This document shows, piece by piece, positions 18,292 through 29,229 of a DNA stretch of 64,000 bases (position 1 is its first letter; every line of letters starts with the position of its first letter). The position numbers and the translations under genes were made by a program. The notes under the pieces were generated by a model. The model was not told the DNA's origin, ran no database searches, and saw nothing but the letters and a program-made list of their open reading frames with translations. The stretch comes from a virus (lineage: Duplodnaviria > Caudoviricetes): IMG/VR virus record IMGVR_UViG_3300021121_000001, positions 32,001 to 96,000 of that record, one strand, 5' to 3'.

Positions 18292-19263
18292 TTAACCTAT
18301 TGCGTTGTGTTTTTTCTTTCTGTTTTCAACTTCACTTCTCAACTCACCAAGCTCAATTTCCATTCCTGCTGCCAGGAGATACAATATGCTATCTTGTTTA
18401 GTCTTTTTGTAATTCACATGACCTCTATGATAGTATCCATCTGAGCTAACCCTGATCACTCCCATATTTATTCCTTGTTGGAACATATTGTGTATTGCCA
18501 ATGTAGCATTGTCAAGTTCACAAGCCTCAAGGAATTCTGTCATAGTTTTACCTGTCTTGTCATTAAAGATTGCTTCCTGCATCCTCATTTCAAGTACTTC
18601 ACTATCAACTTTTTGTTTGCTAACAAGACCAAGTTTGAAGGCAACTTCCCAAGCTCTTTGTTTGTTTTTACTTTCGTCAAACAATTTAGACATTTCAATA
18701 TTAGCCTTGCGACTTTTCTGAATTTTAGATTTGTTAAATTCAGTAGTTTCTTCAGAGGTTGTAAGATAGAATTTAGAATTTCTATACTCCGGTTTACTAA
18801 TGTCAGCTTTACTTTTAGGGAAATTTGGATTGTTCATTATAAGAGCTAAAGAAATAGCATCTCTATAATTCTCAGCAGGACGAAGTTCATTGCCATGACC
18901 ATTCACCCTTATTTTCATATCTGCACCAACTTCTATTTCCACCATGCAGATTTCACTCAGCCATGCTTCAGATGTAGGTTTCAGATAATCAGGAACTCCT
19001 ATAAGAGATTCAAGTTCCTTTCTTTTTTCAATTATTCTTTCTTGAGCTTCTTTTTTCTTTTCAGAAGGAAGTCTTAGAACGTCAGGAGCATTTTCATCAA
19101 ATCCTGTCCTGTCATATTTTTTAAGTCTATCATTCCAAGAAGCAGAGATAGCTTGAGTGATACCTGGAAATGTACCTAGCCCTTTTCTTGCTAGTTCTTC
19201 ACTATCTCTGCTTGGAATTGCTTCTATGCGATAGACTTTTGAGAAATCTATAAAATCTGTCAT
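18292..19263 (-). CDS. crAss-like conserved protein downstream of MCP
   Basis: 323 aa; RTGFDE motif; synteny. Confidence 0.6.
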   Translation of the reverse strand: MTDFIDFSKVYRIEAIPSRDSEELARKGLGTFPGITQAISASWNDRLKKYDRTGFDENAPDVLRLPSEKKKEAQERIIEKRKELESLIGVPDYLKPTSEAWLSEICMVEIEVGADMKIRVNGHGNELRPAENYRDAISLALIMNNPNFPKSKADISKPEYRNSKFYLTTSEETTEFNKSKIQKSRKANIEMSKLFDESKNKQRAWEVAFKLGLVSKQKVDSEVLEMRMQEAIFNDKTGKTMTEFLEACELDNATLAIHNMFQQGINMGVIRVSSDGYYHRGHVNYKKTKQDSILYLLAAGMEIELGELRSEVENRKKKHNAIG

Positions 19264-19304
19264 TTTTATTTGGTTTATTTGGTTTATTGTTCTTTGGAGG
19301 CAGA

Positions 19305-20966
19305 TTACTGCAATTGCAGCAATACTGACCTACCTGGGTCTCTCAGCCATATACTAGACTGTTCTTCAAGGAAAGCTGTATATCCATCAAACAAAGATGA
19401 AGCAACAGAACCTTTACCGGCAGCAAGAGGATATGGACTAGTTCTACCATTGATATAAGTGTATTTGACACCTGGCATACCTTGGTTTTTAACCAGATAG
19501 ATATTTGCTTTGTTATCAAAACCTGTAGCAAATTCTACACCTTTAGAAGGCTCATATGCATTGGTAGAAGTAGTTTCTGTAACATCCATGATCATGGAAG
19601 TGTAAGAGAACTTAGGCAAACCACCAATTCTTTCCTCATCCATTGTTCTGTTAAATTCAGAATCAAGAGCAGGGTTGTGTTCAAATGAAAGATGACCAAA
19701 ACCTGAAAGGAATACTTTGTTAAATCTGTAACCTGCTTCCAGATTGTAAGCATCTGAACCTTTTATAATACCCAAAGATGAGTTATCAAGTACAGTACCT
19801 ATTGCATTGCTTATTGCAACACCTGCTTCAGTACAGATTCTTGTAAGTTCAATCATTGCACCTCTACCACACTGGAAATGAAGGTGACGATCAACATCAG
19901 CTATATCAGGACGATTTTTAAATATTTGAGAGAATACACCTTTGATTATATCAAGAGAGTATTTAGGGATTGTAAGCCAGTTACCATTTTTCATTTGCTG
20001 ATACAGACCTTGAGCAACTACTTTATAGTTATTTCTTTGATCTTGCAGAACACCACCCTGACCATACATCAGTTGTCTTTCAGTATCAAGCATGAGTTGT
20101 TTGTAAAGCAACACTTCAATCATTGGTACAAATGATACAGGTTTGCTTTTATCAACTTTACCTTGACCATTATTATAACCAATTGCCACCATGAATTCTG
20201 GACTCTTAGGATCAAGATAAGGAGCAACACTTGCAGCAAACTGATTTGGATTACCCATACCAGAAATATTATCAAGTTTCAGACGTTGAGCAGAACCATG
20301 AACTGTCATCTTAACAGCTCTCTTGCTACCAATTTTATGGAGGAGTTTGATAAAGCCTGCTGACTGGTTAATACCTGGAGCTTCTTCATCATATTTACCA
20401 ATAGTGGAACCTACACTAAACAATTGAGTGCCTGGTTTCAGCCATTTCTTGTCTACATATTCATTTCTGTCATTTGTAACAAGTTTCAACTTGTAAACAA
20501 AACCATCTGCAATTCTTTGCTCAACAGAAATAACTACAAAATTTTGACCATCACGAAGATCAGCAGTGATAAGCTGATTGAGACCAAAAATAGGATCAAG
20601 ATTACCATCACCAATTAGGAGTTCAAATACTTGACCATCAATACCTGGTTTTGAATTGTCACCAGTGAGATCTTCTCTGATGGTTGGCATTTCCAAAGTA
20701 TAAGGTACATCAAATGTGAATTCGCCATCATCACCATTTACATAAAGGGTGTTTTTAGCAAGTTCTGTCATTTTCAACAGGGGAGTGTTAACCAGTTGAA
20801 ACTGATTAAAAAGAGTGAGGATACCCAAGTGTTGTCTGTTAACACCTTCTCCACCTGCAAGCAAGTTCATTAGCTTATTTTCATCAGCAAAGTTACCTGC
20901 CATCCTATAGTCCATTTTTTCAAGGACTATGTTATTACCAAAATTTTTAAATGTTCCTAATGCCAT
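19305..20966 (-). CDS. Major capsid protein
   Basis: 553 aa following portal and scaffold; ERQLMYG, GLYQQM, FEHNPALD and IWLRDP segments resemble crAss MCPs. Confidence 0.85.
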   Translation of the reverse strand: MALGTFKNFGNNIVLEKMDYRMAGNFADENKLMNLLAGGEGVNRQHLGILTLFNQFQLVNTPLLKMTELAKNTLYVNGDDGEFTFDVPYTLEMPTIREDLTGDNSKPGIDGQVFELLIGDGNLDPIFGLNQLITADLRDGQNFVVISVEQRIADGFVYKLKLVTNDRNEYVDKKWLKPGTQLFSVGSTIGKYDEEAPGINQSAGFIKLLHKIGSKRAVKMTVHGSAQRLKLDNISGMGNPNQFAASVAPYLDPKSPEFMVAIGYNNGQGKVDKSKPVSFVPMIEVLLYKQLMLDTERQLMYGQGGVLQDQRNNYKVVAQGLYQQMKNGNWLTIPKYSLDIIKGVFSQIFKNRPDIADVDRHLHFQCGRGAMIELTRICTEAGVAISNAIGTVLDNSSLGIIKGSDAYNLEAGYRFNKVFLSGFGHLSFEHNPALDSEFNRTMDEERIGGLPKFSYTSMIMDVTETTSTNAYEPSKGVEFATGFDNKANIYLVKNQGMPGVKYTYINGRTSPYPLAAGKGSVASSLFDGYTAFLEEQSSIWLRDPGRSVLLQLQ

Positions 20967-20986
20967 TTTGTATTATTATTTATGCT

Positions 20987-22132
20987 TTATTTAAATTTAA
21001 ATCCTTGAGGAGCACCTGTTTGTTTACGCTTTTCAGGTTCTTTGGATACTACTCCAGAAAGAGGATTACCGCCTTCTTTTAGAAAATTAAATTGCTTTTT
21101 TGTAGCTTCTGCTTCTGCAATCTTTTTATCTTCGTAAGCATCCATGTTCTTGATGAACTTCAGGAACTTCTGATATTTTTTAGGATCTTGGTTGATTTCA
21201 TTCATCCTCACCATGAATTCAGAATATTTATTTCCTTGATTGTCTTGAAATTTATAATCGTATATAAATTTATCAAGTTCTTTTTTTTCTCTTTCAGCAA
21301 GATTGGGATCTTTATAAATATTTTCCCTAACTGCTTTATTAAAAGCCTCTGCTCTTATTTTTCTATCTTGAGCAATTGCTTCTTGCTCTTTTATCATCTC
21401 TTCTCTTTCAGATTCTATAGCTGAAACCAATTTTGATTTACAGTCTTCAGCTTCTTCTTTAAAATCAGAATCACCGGAATCTTTAAGTCTTTCTATATGT
21501 CTTTTGATCTTTGCATCGCTCCAATCAATAGATTTGTAATATTCTTTTATGGCTCTTTCCTGACCATATTCATCAGAAGTATCAAGAGAGGAAACTTCTA
21601 ATTGTTGTGTATAATTACCAACAAAATCATCTACTGTACCTCCTGCTTTTAGAAAATCTACAAGTTGATTTGCAGTATCTGGAAATTGTGATCTTTCTTC
21701 AAAAATAATTTCTTTTGCTGAATTTTCTGCTTGTGCCTTCCAAAGAGCTTGAAATGTCTCTTCAGAATAGTCTATGTCCTCCCTTCCTTCAAAATCTTTC
21801 CAAACTTCTGTCTCTACAAGAAAATCTGCAAAAGCCTTATAGTCAACCTTATCAGCACTTAGCTTTTCAGGTTCTTCTTCTTTTTCTTTTTCAGATTTTT
21901 TATTGTTTTTATTAAAAAAACCAAGAGGGTCATGAGCATCATCTTTATCATCCTCTTCTTCAGTTTCTTCAATAACTACATCTTTAGGTTTTTCACCTTC
22001 ATCTGTAGCTACTGGTTTAGCTTTTTCTTTATCTTCTGAATTGGGCTGAATTGCTCCAGGGAATTGTTCAGGGTTAATTTGAATACCCTCATCTTCTCCG
22101 AAGTAGAAGGGTTCTACGTTAACTTTTGACAT
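20987..22132 (-). CDS. Acidic scaffold-like protein
   Basis: Highly acidic and helical; lies between portal and MCP. Confidence 0.65.
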   Translation of the reverse strand: MSKVNVEPFYFGEDEGIQINPEQFPGAIQPNSEDKEKAKPVATDEGEKPKDVVIEETEEEDDKDDAHDPLGFFNKNNKKSEKEKEEEPEKLSADKVDYKAFADFLVETEVWKDFEGREDIDYSEETFQALWKAQAENSAKEIIFEERSQFPDTANQLVDFLKAGGTVDDFVGNYTQQLEVSSLDTSDEYGQERAIKEYYKSIDWSDAKIKRHIERLKDSGDSDFKEEAEDCKSKLVSAIESEREEMIKEQEAIAQDRKIRAEAFNKAVRENIYKDPNLAEREKKELDKFIYDYKFQDNQGNKYSEFMVRMNEINQDPKKYQKFLKFIKNMDAYEDKKIAEAEATKKQFNFLKEGGNPLSGVVSKEPEKRKQTGAPQGFKFK

Positions 22133-22241
22133 ATACTATATTTGGTTTGTAATACAATTATACAAAAAATTATACAATTTAACAAATAGAGTGTATTAAA
22201 TAATGTACACCCTATGTTTAGCTTTATTGAATAATTTCTGT

Positions 22242-25085
22242 TTATTTTTTAAGATTTGGTTTAATTTTTATTTTTTGTTTTTCAAGCTGAATTTTCTTAT
22301 CTGCAAGTTTTTCATCTCTTTTTGCTTTTTCAGCAGAAAGCTTTTCTTGAGACTTATTCTGAGCCTGGATCTGTTCAAGTTTTTTATTTTCAATAGCCAG
22401 CTTATTCTTCATTTCTTTTTCTTTCAGTGCGGCATCCTGTTTCTTAAGCTCATGTTCTGCCTGGAATTTATTCTTTTCAAGTTCATGCTTTCTATGATTA
22501 TTCAATTGATCTGCAAGAAGGGACTGCTGTGCAATTGCTGCCCTTGAATTCATATCTTCTTTTTTAATATCAATTTCTGTTTGTTTTATAAGTTGACCTG
22601 TAGTGTTTTCATCAGGATTGTAAGACCCTTCAGCAGCAATTCCTTTAAGTTTTTCCAGATTGAGTTTGTTATCTCTGTCAAGTTGGTTTTGTTCAGCCTG
22701 AAATTGTCTTTGCTTATCAGCTTCCTGTGCAGCAGCCTGCGTTTGCTGTTGTTGCATTTGCTGCTGCTGTTGCTGCTCTTCTTGTTTTTGTTTTTGCTGT
22801 TGTTTTTCCTGATCTTCCAATTTCTTCTGTATATCTATAAGGCTATCAAGTCTTATTGTTTCTATCAGTTTAGACATAGGCATCATAGACTGGTTATTTT
22901 TAAGAAGCAATTGCTCCACCATTTCTTTCCTTCTAACCTGTTCAGCAGAATTAGTTAAATACACTCCAAAATTTCTTAGGAGTAAATCATCAGATGCTAT
23001 TTTGATAAATGCCTGTCCAAGATCTGAAGTTGTATATTGTTTTACAATATCTCCCTTTCCTTTTGATTCTACATATTGGGAAAGTTCCAAAAGCATTTGA
23101 AGTTTCCTTCTTCTGTAATTTGAAAACTGTTCAAAATATATTTCTGTAATAGCATATGAGTTGTTTATAGCTGCTTGAGTTGTCCCAACTTCAGCAGACT
23201 GCATTACATTTCCTTGTCTTTGTGGAGATATTCCAAGCTGCATAAACCCTTGTTGTTCAACAAGCATTGCAAGATTTATAAGTCTTTGTATCCTGTCAGA
23301 TTCATCCATATCCATCACCTTCAAACCATATTGCATGGATTGAGATTGGGCAGAAGTAGAATCATCTACAACAGCAAGACCAAGATTACTTGCAATTGTC
23401 ATAAATTTCTCCTGTGCTTCCTCTCCTCCCCAATCTTTAATATTAGGAAGAAGAGAGGCACCCATAATAAAAAACTTACCATTGTTCTTTTGAGCAACAT
23501 GATATGCCTGATTATAGAAAGCATTTACAAGTACTTGATATGGCTTAAGGAGATCCACTACAGATTGACTTCTTCCATTTCTATTATTGAAAATACTTCC
23601 TATAACGGGAAGTTTACAATCAAATATGAATCTTGGGTCATTTCCCCTGAATTGAAATTCCATAGGGCGAATATCTATATAGATGGCATTCCTATCTTCA
23701 GAAGTTTGCATCTTTTGATAGTTGACATTTATCTTTATCCCTTGCCAAACTTCTGTTATCCAAGTCCAAGTAATTGTATTTGGTTCATCTGCATCTTTAA
23801 AAGATTCCTTTAAGACTTCAACACCAAATATCTTTGGATCAAAGAATTCATCAACTATTTTAGTTATAATTTCCCCAGTTTCAGGATTTTGCAAATTCAC
23901 TTTTCCAATCTTTCTTTGGGATTTCCAATAAGCTTGAGTAACTTGTACAATGTCTGCCTGAGTGAATATATAATTTGTTCCATCTGTTCCAGGATAAAAC
24001 CCAAACTGAGGAATACCATAAGGAGATGCAGATATATTGCTTTCTCCTACAGCCTGTCCAACCCCTGTAACCAATGTATCATATTCCCTGTAGTCACCAA
24101 AAGGATATAAAGTTGCATTGAATGCTTCTTTATATACTGAACCCTGAGATTCTCCTTTTTGATATTCTGGGTAGAGGGCTTCTATTTGATCCCTTGTCAT
24201 TCTCCATCCAAAATAATCTAAAATTTCTGTTTTAGACATATATAAGATCCTTCCACAATATGCAAGATCTTCTACATTTTTATTTTGCGTATTATATTGG
24301 TAGAATACAGTGAGAGGATTCCAGGTTTCAATAGCATACCCGGAATTGGTTAAATAAACATGTGAGAATGATCTATCCACCACACACATGTCATAAAATT
24401 CATTTATGTCTTGTTCTTTTACTCTAAATCTTTCCAGGTCATCAGAAAGAGTGGCTTGTCCCCAATGTTCAGCAGCACTTCTGAAATCATATGTAAGGTA
24501 TTTTTCTATTGATTGAGGTGTCAGTTCCTGATACTTTTCCTCTATTGCTTTTTTATAATCAGCTTCTTCCTGCTGATCTTTAAAATCATGTTTATTAACA
24601 TCAATGCCTTGACTGGCAAGTTTTTTTGTAATTTCCTGATTTATATTTTCTTTAAGATATGACCATACAAGGTCAGATTTAATTCTTAGTTTCTCATTTG
24701 ATGTTTCTGTATCTTTTGCAACAACTCTTACAAGATCAGGTCTTTTTATGAATTCTCCTACGAGAAGTTTTACAGCTTTTGTTGTTACATCGTAATGTTT
24801 CAGGAAAGAGGGGAGTTTCATTTCCTGATATATCATAGTGGAAAGATCATATGCGTCAAAACTATCAATATAGTCTTCCACATTGAATCTTCCTTGCATT
24901 ATTTCATAATTCTTTCTTAGTTCTATATTGTTATAAAATGAATATCTTCCTACAGATTCAAGAGCATCCATGCTGTCTTTCATCCATTTGGTATATCCAT
25001 TTTTATCTTTTTCCTTTTTAAATTTAACGTCATAACTAACTTGCTGGGAAGGAAGAGAGCTATTTACCGGGCGATTATATAACAT
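22242..25085 (-). CDS. Portal protein
   Basis: 947 aa; LVGEFIKRP, EVWQGIKI, LLKPYQ and GISPQRQG motifs; Q-rich coiled-coil C-terminus; follows TerL. Confidence 0.9.
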   Translation of the reverse strand: MLYNRPVNSSLPSQQVSYDVKFKKEKDKNGYTKWMKDSMDALESVGRYSFYNNIELRKNYEIMQGRFNVEDYIDSFDAYDLSTMIYQEMKLPSFLKHYDVTTKAVKLLVGEFIKRPDLVRVVAKDTETSNEKLRIKSDLVWSYLKENINQEITKKLASQGIDVNKHDFKDQQEEADYKKAIEEKYQELTPQSIEKYLTYDFRSAAEHWGQATLSDDLERFRVKEQDINEFYDMCVVDRSFSHVYLTNSGYAIETWNPLTVFYQYNTQNKNVEDLAYCGRILYMSKTEILDYFGWRMTRDQIEALYPEYQKGESQGSVYKEAFNATLYPFGDYREYDTLVTGVGQAVGESNISASPYGIPQFGFYPGTDGTNYIFTQADIVQVTQAYWKSQRKIGKVNLQNPETGEIITKIVDEFFDPKIFGVEVLKESFKDADEPNTITWTWITEVWQGIKINVNYQKMQTSEDRNAIYIDIRPMEFQFRGNDPRFIFDCKLPVIGSIFNNRNGRSQSVVDLLKPYQVLVNAFYNQAYHVAQKNNGKFFIMGASLLPNIKDWGGEEAQEKFMTIASNLGLAVVDDSTSAQSQSMQYGLKVMDMDESDRIQRLINLAMLVEQQGFMQLGISPQRQGNVMQSAEVGTTQAAINNSYAITEIYFEQFSNYRRRKLQMLLELSQYVESKGKGDIVKQYTTSDLGQAFIKIASDDLLLRNFGVYLTNSAEQVRRKEMVEQLLLKNNQSMMPMSKLIETIRLDSLIDIQKKLEDQEKQQQKQKQEEQQQQQQMQQQQTQAAAQEADKQRQFQAEQNQLDRDNKLNLEKLKGIAAEGSYNPDENTTGQLIKQTEIDIKKEDMNSRAAIAQQSLLADQLNNHRKHELEKNKFQAEHELKKQDAALKEKEMKNKLAIENKKLEQIQAQNKSQEKLSAEKAKRDEKLADKKIQLEKQKIKIKPNLKK

Positions 25086-25179
25086 GTCTTTATTATATTT
25101 ACTTTATATAACTCTATTTTAATCAAAAAAAAGTAATAAATAAAACTTATAATTGATTTCAGTTAAAACTATTATAAAT

Positions 25180-27240
25180 TTATTTTCTCATCCATCTTGG
25201 AAGTTTGTTGGTTTTATCTTGAAAATCAAAAACATTTGTTTTCTTTTCCAAGTTTCCAAAAGGAGTTTTGAATATTTTTCTTGCTTCTCTTTGAATATTT
25301 GTATTGTTTGTAGGAATAGAATTAGCAAGAGGATATTTTATATCATAGTATTTGGCAAGTGTAATAGCACATCCAAATGATATTATCGAGTCATAGTTTC
25401 CATTATGCACCCCTTTTCCGGATATTTTTCCTTTATAATTTTTCATTTCTTCCAATAGCATGGGATCTTTTATTCTGCTAACCCCTAATGTTATTTCTTC
25501 TTCTCCATCTTCTGTAACACTTATAAGTTCCTCATTGGAATATTCCACCATTGCATCCATATAATGTCTTTGATTAGTTGTAGTTGCAGGAAGTCCTTTC
25601 TTACCCTTAAAGGAGGATTTTTTACTTATTTCTGTCACCATATCAAAAGAGTTTGCAAGGAAAAATCCTTTTCTTTTCATGAAGAAATATTGAAAGATGG
25701 AATTTTCAGAAGCCTCTGGAAGAACTCCTTCTGTTGCTCCATAGTATTCTGCAACAAGTAAAGCAAGTTCATGGGCTTCAGAAAGTTCTTTTGGTCTTCC
25801 TCTATATGATGCAACAATGCAATTCTTGTATTGATCCAAAGGAGAAATCATTCTTTTAAACACTGTAATTGTAAAAAGGGAAACAACGCTATCATTAGAA
25901 TCATTATTGTTAATTGGGTCAATACCAATACAATAAGTAAATTTAGGAGCTTCCTGTATAGGGTGTTCAAAAATAAGAACGGGAGCATCTTTATTATCTT
26001 GGGGTTTTACTGGAAATTTGGATATTGGTTTTTTATCTGAAAATTTCCATGCAACTTTTCCATTTATATCTCTATAAAAATCCACATAGGTAGGTTCATA
26101 ATAATTTTTTATCCATTCTTGTTGTTGTTTAATAGCATCTAAAGGAAATTTATTATTTGATTCTGTCAAGAATAGCTCAAATCTATTCTTTGGATGATAC
26201 ATTGTTAATTTAAGAAGATTGGTGGTGTCATTTGAATTAGAAGCCACAAGTCTTTCAGCATCAATCATTTTTTCTGCTCTTTCTAAATTTGTAACCTTGA
26301 TATTTATTTTAGAAAGGTTTTCACATTCAGGTTTATCCAAATAGACAGAAAGAGGAACATCATCTTTTGGAAAATCATGTGCAAAATGTCCTGAAATAAA
26401 AACAGATGTCTTCTTTTCAGGTTCATCGGGAACATTCACAGCAAGAAAATTATAAGAATCTGGATCTTCAAATACTGTTCTGGCATCATTGGCTTTATTC
26501 ATATCTCCTGATGTTCCAAATGCAAGAGGAGAACATCTCCATCCATAAGGAGTGGCAAAACCTGGAATAGCTCCTGAAAAAGCAGCAAGCCAATCCCCCT
26601 TTCCTATCTCATCTATCACCATAGAGAATGGAGAAAGACCTGCAAGTGCTTCTGTATTCTTACCTCCATCTAAGTTTCTTATAGGAATAGAACTCCAGGG
26701 AATTCTTTCTCCTGATAATGTTTTTTTACCAAATGTAACCTGCTTTGTCCATTTGTCTTCAATTCTACCATGTTTAAAAGCATGGGGTAGTCCTCCCAAA
26801 GCTTCTTCACACAAATCTGTTATAACTTTAATATCTGGCTCATTAAGTCCTGCTATTACATTCTGAGTACCCTTGTAGAATGTTGCCCTGTGTGTTATAT
26901 AAGAAGCTTCATATACAGATTTAGCCAAACGCCTTGATCCTAATATACAAAGTCCTTTTTTTTCCTGTTCTGCTTTTCTAATATAGGAATCTATAAGCCA
27001 TTCATTATCTCTTAAATAAGGGTTGGCAAGTTTTCTAATCACTCTCCCATCCTCAAGAATGTCAAGCTGACATTTAAAAAAATTAAGATGGTAGTAGAGA
27101 AACCCTGAAATATATACACCATCTATATAAAGTCCATTTTTACATTTGTCCCTTTCAAGTTTCCAAAAAGCAGAAAACTCCTGAGAGTTAACGTCAGGAG
27201 TGTACTTTTGGTTTAGAATAAGTTCAGTTGAATTAATCAT
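25180..27240 (-). CDS. terL: Terminase large subunit
   Basis: Walker A-like GSRRLAKS, Walker B VIDEIGK, FGTSGD, nuclease motif YCIGIDP...NYD. Confidence 0.9.
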   Translation of the reverse strand: MINSTELILNQKYTPDVNSQEFSAFWKLERDKCKNGLYIDGVYISGFLYYHLNFFKCQLDILEDGRVIRKLANPYLRDNEWLIDSYIRKAEQEKKGLCILGSRRLAKSVYEASYITHRATFYKGTQNVIAGLNEPDIKVITDLCEEALGGLPHAFKHGRIEDKWTKQVTFGKKTLSGERIPWSSIPIRNLDGGKNTEALAGLSPFSMVIDEIGKGDWLAAFSGAIPGFATPYGWRCSPLAFGTSGDMNKANDARTVFEDPDSYNFLAVNVPDEPEKKTSVFISGHFAHDFPKDDVPLSVYLDKPECENLSKINIKVTNLERAEKMIDAERLVASNSNDTTNLLKLTMYHPKNRFELFLTESNNKFPLDAIKQQQEWIKNYYEPTYVDFYRDINGKVAWKFSDKKPISKFPVKPQDNKDAPVLIFEHPIQEAPKFTYCIGIDPINNNDSNDSVVSLFTITVFKRMISPLDQYKNCIVASYRGRPKELSEAHELALLVAEYYGATEGVLPEASENSIFQYFFMKRKGFFLANSFDMVTEISKKSSFKGKKGLPATTTNQRHYMDAMVEYSNEELISVTEDGEEEITLGVSRIKDPMLLEEMKNYKGKISGKGVHNGNYDSIISFGCAITLAKYYDIKYPLANSIPTNNTNIQREARKIFKTPFGNLEKKTNVFDFQDKTNKLPRWMRK

Positions 27241-27547
27241 CTAATATATTTTTATTATCAAAGCCTTTTCTCATATCTTCCTTTTTAGCTTCTTGTTCCC
27301 TCAATTGTGAAATGGCAGTTATTATTTCTGTATAGTCCTTTAAAGCTTTACCAAGATCAGCTCTTTGCTGTTCCACTGTAGCAGCTATCATGTGAACCAC
27401 TCCTCCTTTTGCAGTTTGTTTTAGAAAATCCCTGTCTTTAAGTTTATCAAGGGGTCTTTTATCTATATACTCTTTCAATTCCTGAGATCTTTGTTCAAGC
27501 CATTCAAGTTCAAAATCTATATATGTATTCTTTTTTGTTTTACTCAT
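27233..27547 (-). CDS. Conserved helical protein upstream of TerL (possible small terminase)
   Basis: Overlaps the terL start; coiled coil. Confidence 0.45.
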   Translation of the reverse strand: MSKTKKNTYIDFELEWLEQRSQELKEYIDKRPLDKLKDRDFLKQTAKGGVVHMIAATVEQQRADLGKALKDYTEIITAISQLREQEAKKEDMRKGFDNKNILDD

Positions 27548-27879
27548 TTTTTCAAATCTATATAGTCATAGTAAATCTTTTTAAAATCTGTAAAAGACAC
27601 CAACAGAATAAAATCATACTCATTAGGAAATGCTATAAAAGTTCCCTCTATAAAATTATCTTCCTGATATATTTCCACTTTATTAGGCATAAAATAAAGA
27701 GGCTCACCAAGAGATTTTAGATTCATAACCACTTTCATTGGTTCCCCATAAACTTTTTCATCTATCTGAATACCAAGTTTTTCTGTAAGACTTTCTTCTG
27801 AATTTGGAGAATTTTTAATCGCATAAACGTAACATTCTATTACATTTGCTTCTTTTATAAACTTATGACTGTATTGCAT
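27544..27879 (-). CDS. Hypothetical protein
   Basis: ORF overlapping its neighbours in the operon. Confidence 0.7.
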   Translation of the reverse strand: MQYSHKFIKEANVIECYVYAIKNSPNSEESLTEKLGIQIDEKVYGEPMKVVMNLKSLGEPLYFMPNKVEIYQEDNFIEGTFIAFPNEYDFILLVSFTDFKKIYYDYIDLKK

Positions 27880-28213
27880 CTTTTTTGTAGTTATTTATAA
27901 ATTCTTTAATTTTTTTAATTTCATCACTGTCTGTAACGGAACTTGGTTTTTGAACTTCTTTCACAAGGGAATAATAAGTGTTTATTTCTGAAGGAAGTTC
28001 ATCTAAAGATCCTGAAGCAACTTCCAGAAATATGTCTATTGTGTTAAACAGGGATATGTTCAACTCCTGAAGTTTTATAACTTTTAGTCCTAAATTTATT
28101 TTATTAGCTCTATCTACATTGTCAGAACCAGGCAGCGTACTATTTAATTCTTTCTCTGAGGCTACGATCTGAGTGTAAATAGAGCTAATCTTTTCTATTA
28201 ATTTAGTCTTCAT
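27863..28213 (-). CDS. Hypothetical protein
   Basis: ORF in operon; likely start MKTKL. Confidence 0.65.
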   Translation of the reverse strand: MKTKLIEKISSIYTQIVASEKELNSTLPGSDNVDRANKINLGLKVIKLQELNISLFNTIDIFLEVASGSLDELPSEINTYYSLVKEVQKPSSVTDSDEIKKIKEFINNYKKDAIQS

Positions 28214-28421
28214 CTTCAAGTCCATTTTCAATTTTATAAATCTCTTTTTCCACTACACCAAGAAGCTCATTATCCTTCCATCTGAAGGGATGTACTTCAT
28301 GTCCTATTGGGGAAACCAGATAGCTGAGTATTGCAGCTACAGATTCTTTCTGATTCAGCTCTATAAGAAAAGCTAATTTCTGTACAAGGATTGCCCTTTT
28401 TTGATATTCTTCTTTTTTCAT
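28203..28421 (-). CDS. Hypothetical protein
   Basis: ATGA-coupled ORF. Confidence 0.65.
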   Translation of the reverse strand: MKKEEYQKRAILVQKLAFLIELNQKESVAAILSYLVSPIGHEVHPFRWKDNELLGVVEKEIYKIENGLEDED

Positions 28422-28792
28422 TTTTTAGATTTCCATTTTAGTTCCTGAGGGTTTTCAGGGTTTGATATATTCCAGCTTTCCATTCCACAATCAGAAGAAA
28501 GGGAAGCAGTTTTCTTTTCTATGGGACATGAACAAATGGAACAATGAAAATCATCCCTATCTGTTTTATAATTTTGTTTATAAAGATCAAAATATTCTTT
28601 TGATGTCTGTGCATTTTTTGAATTGAATGGACAGGTTTCACAAATACCCCTCCTGGTAATTATTTCCTGCATTTCCTCTTCCATTAGATTCTCATAATGG
28701 AGTTTTATGGAATTAACCCACCCTTCTATTACTTTGTCTGCGTTTGCTATTCCTTTTGGAATAAGTTTCAAGTATTCTAAATATTTGCTCAT
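28418..28792 (-). CDS. Zn-finger protein
   Basis: CETC...CSICSC...C...KW motif. Confidence 0.7.
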   Translation of the reverse strand: MSKYLEYLKLIPKGIANADKVIEGWVNSIKLHYENLMEEEMQEIITRRGICETCPFNSKNAQTSKEYFDLYKQNYKTDRDDFHCSICSCPIEKKTASLSSDCGMESWNISNPENPQELKWKSKK

Positions 28793-29229
28793 AGTATTGC
28801 TTTATCTCCGTATTTTTTAATTTTCTTTTGTTTCCAGATCTCATTATTGTAATTCACTTGTTTTTTTATCTCATCAACTTGCTTCCAAAGAATCCTGAAT
28901 TTTTTAAGATAGTGTTGATGTATACTATATGCCCTAGTATCCGGAATAAGATAGGTGTCCTTATATTTTATCCTAAACCCTCTTATTTTATTAACCATTT
29001 TCCTTAAAAAGGATTTAGATTTTCCATACCTAAGACTGTATGTTCCAAGACCTGGGGCATATATATGTGGACTTGTAGAATTTACTAATTGTCTCTTCCA
29101 TTCTTTCCAATATTCATCTGTAATAACAAATAAAATATCCATAGGGTCTATTTTGTCAATGGATTCCTTAACAGGATTATCAGGATGTTCAAATATCTGA
29201 CTGTTCAATATAGCTTGATTACCTCTCAT
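28789..29229 (-). CDS. HU/IHF-like basic protein (putative)
   Basis: IYAPGLGTYSLR resembles the HU/IHF GFGTF motif. Confidence 0.45.
   Translation of the reverse strand: MRGNQAILNSQIFEHPDNPVKESIDKIDPMDILFVITDEYWKEWKRQLVNSTSPHIYAPGLGTYSLRYGKSKSFLRKMVNKIRGFRIKYKDTYLIPDTRAYSIHQHYLKKFRILWKQVDEIKKQVNYNNEIWKQKKIKKYGDKAIL

Noticed and set aside
21092-24110. Plus-strand ORFs opposite portal and scaffold (e.g. 23175..23813), and similar antisense ORFs elsewhere
   Set aside because: Shadow ORFs of well-supported genes, with no motifs and atypical composition.
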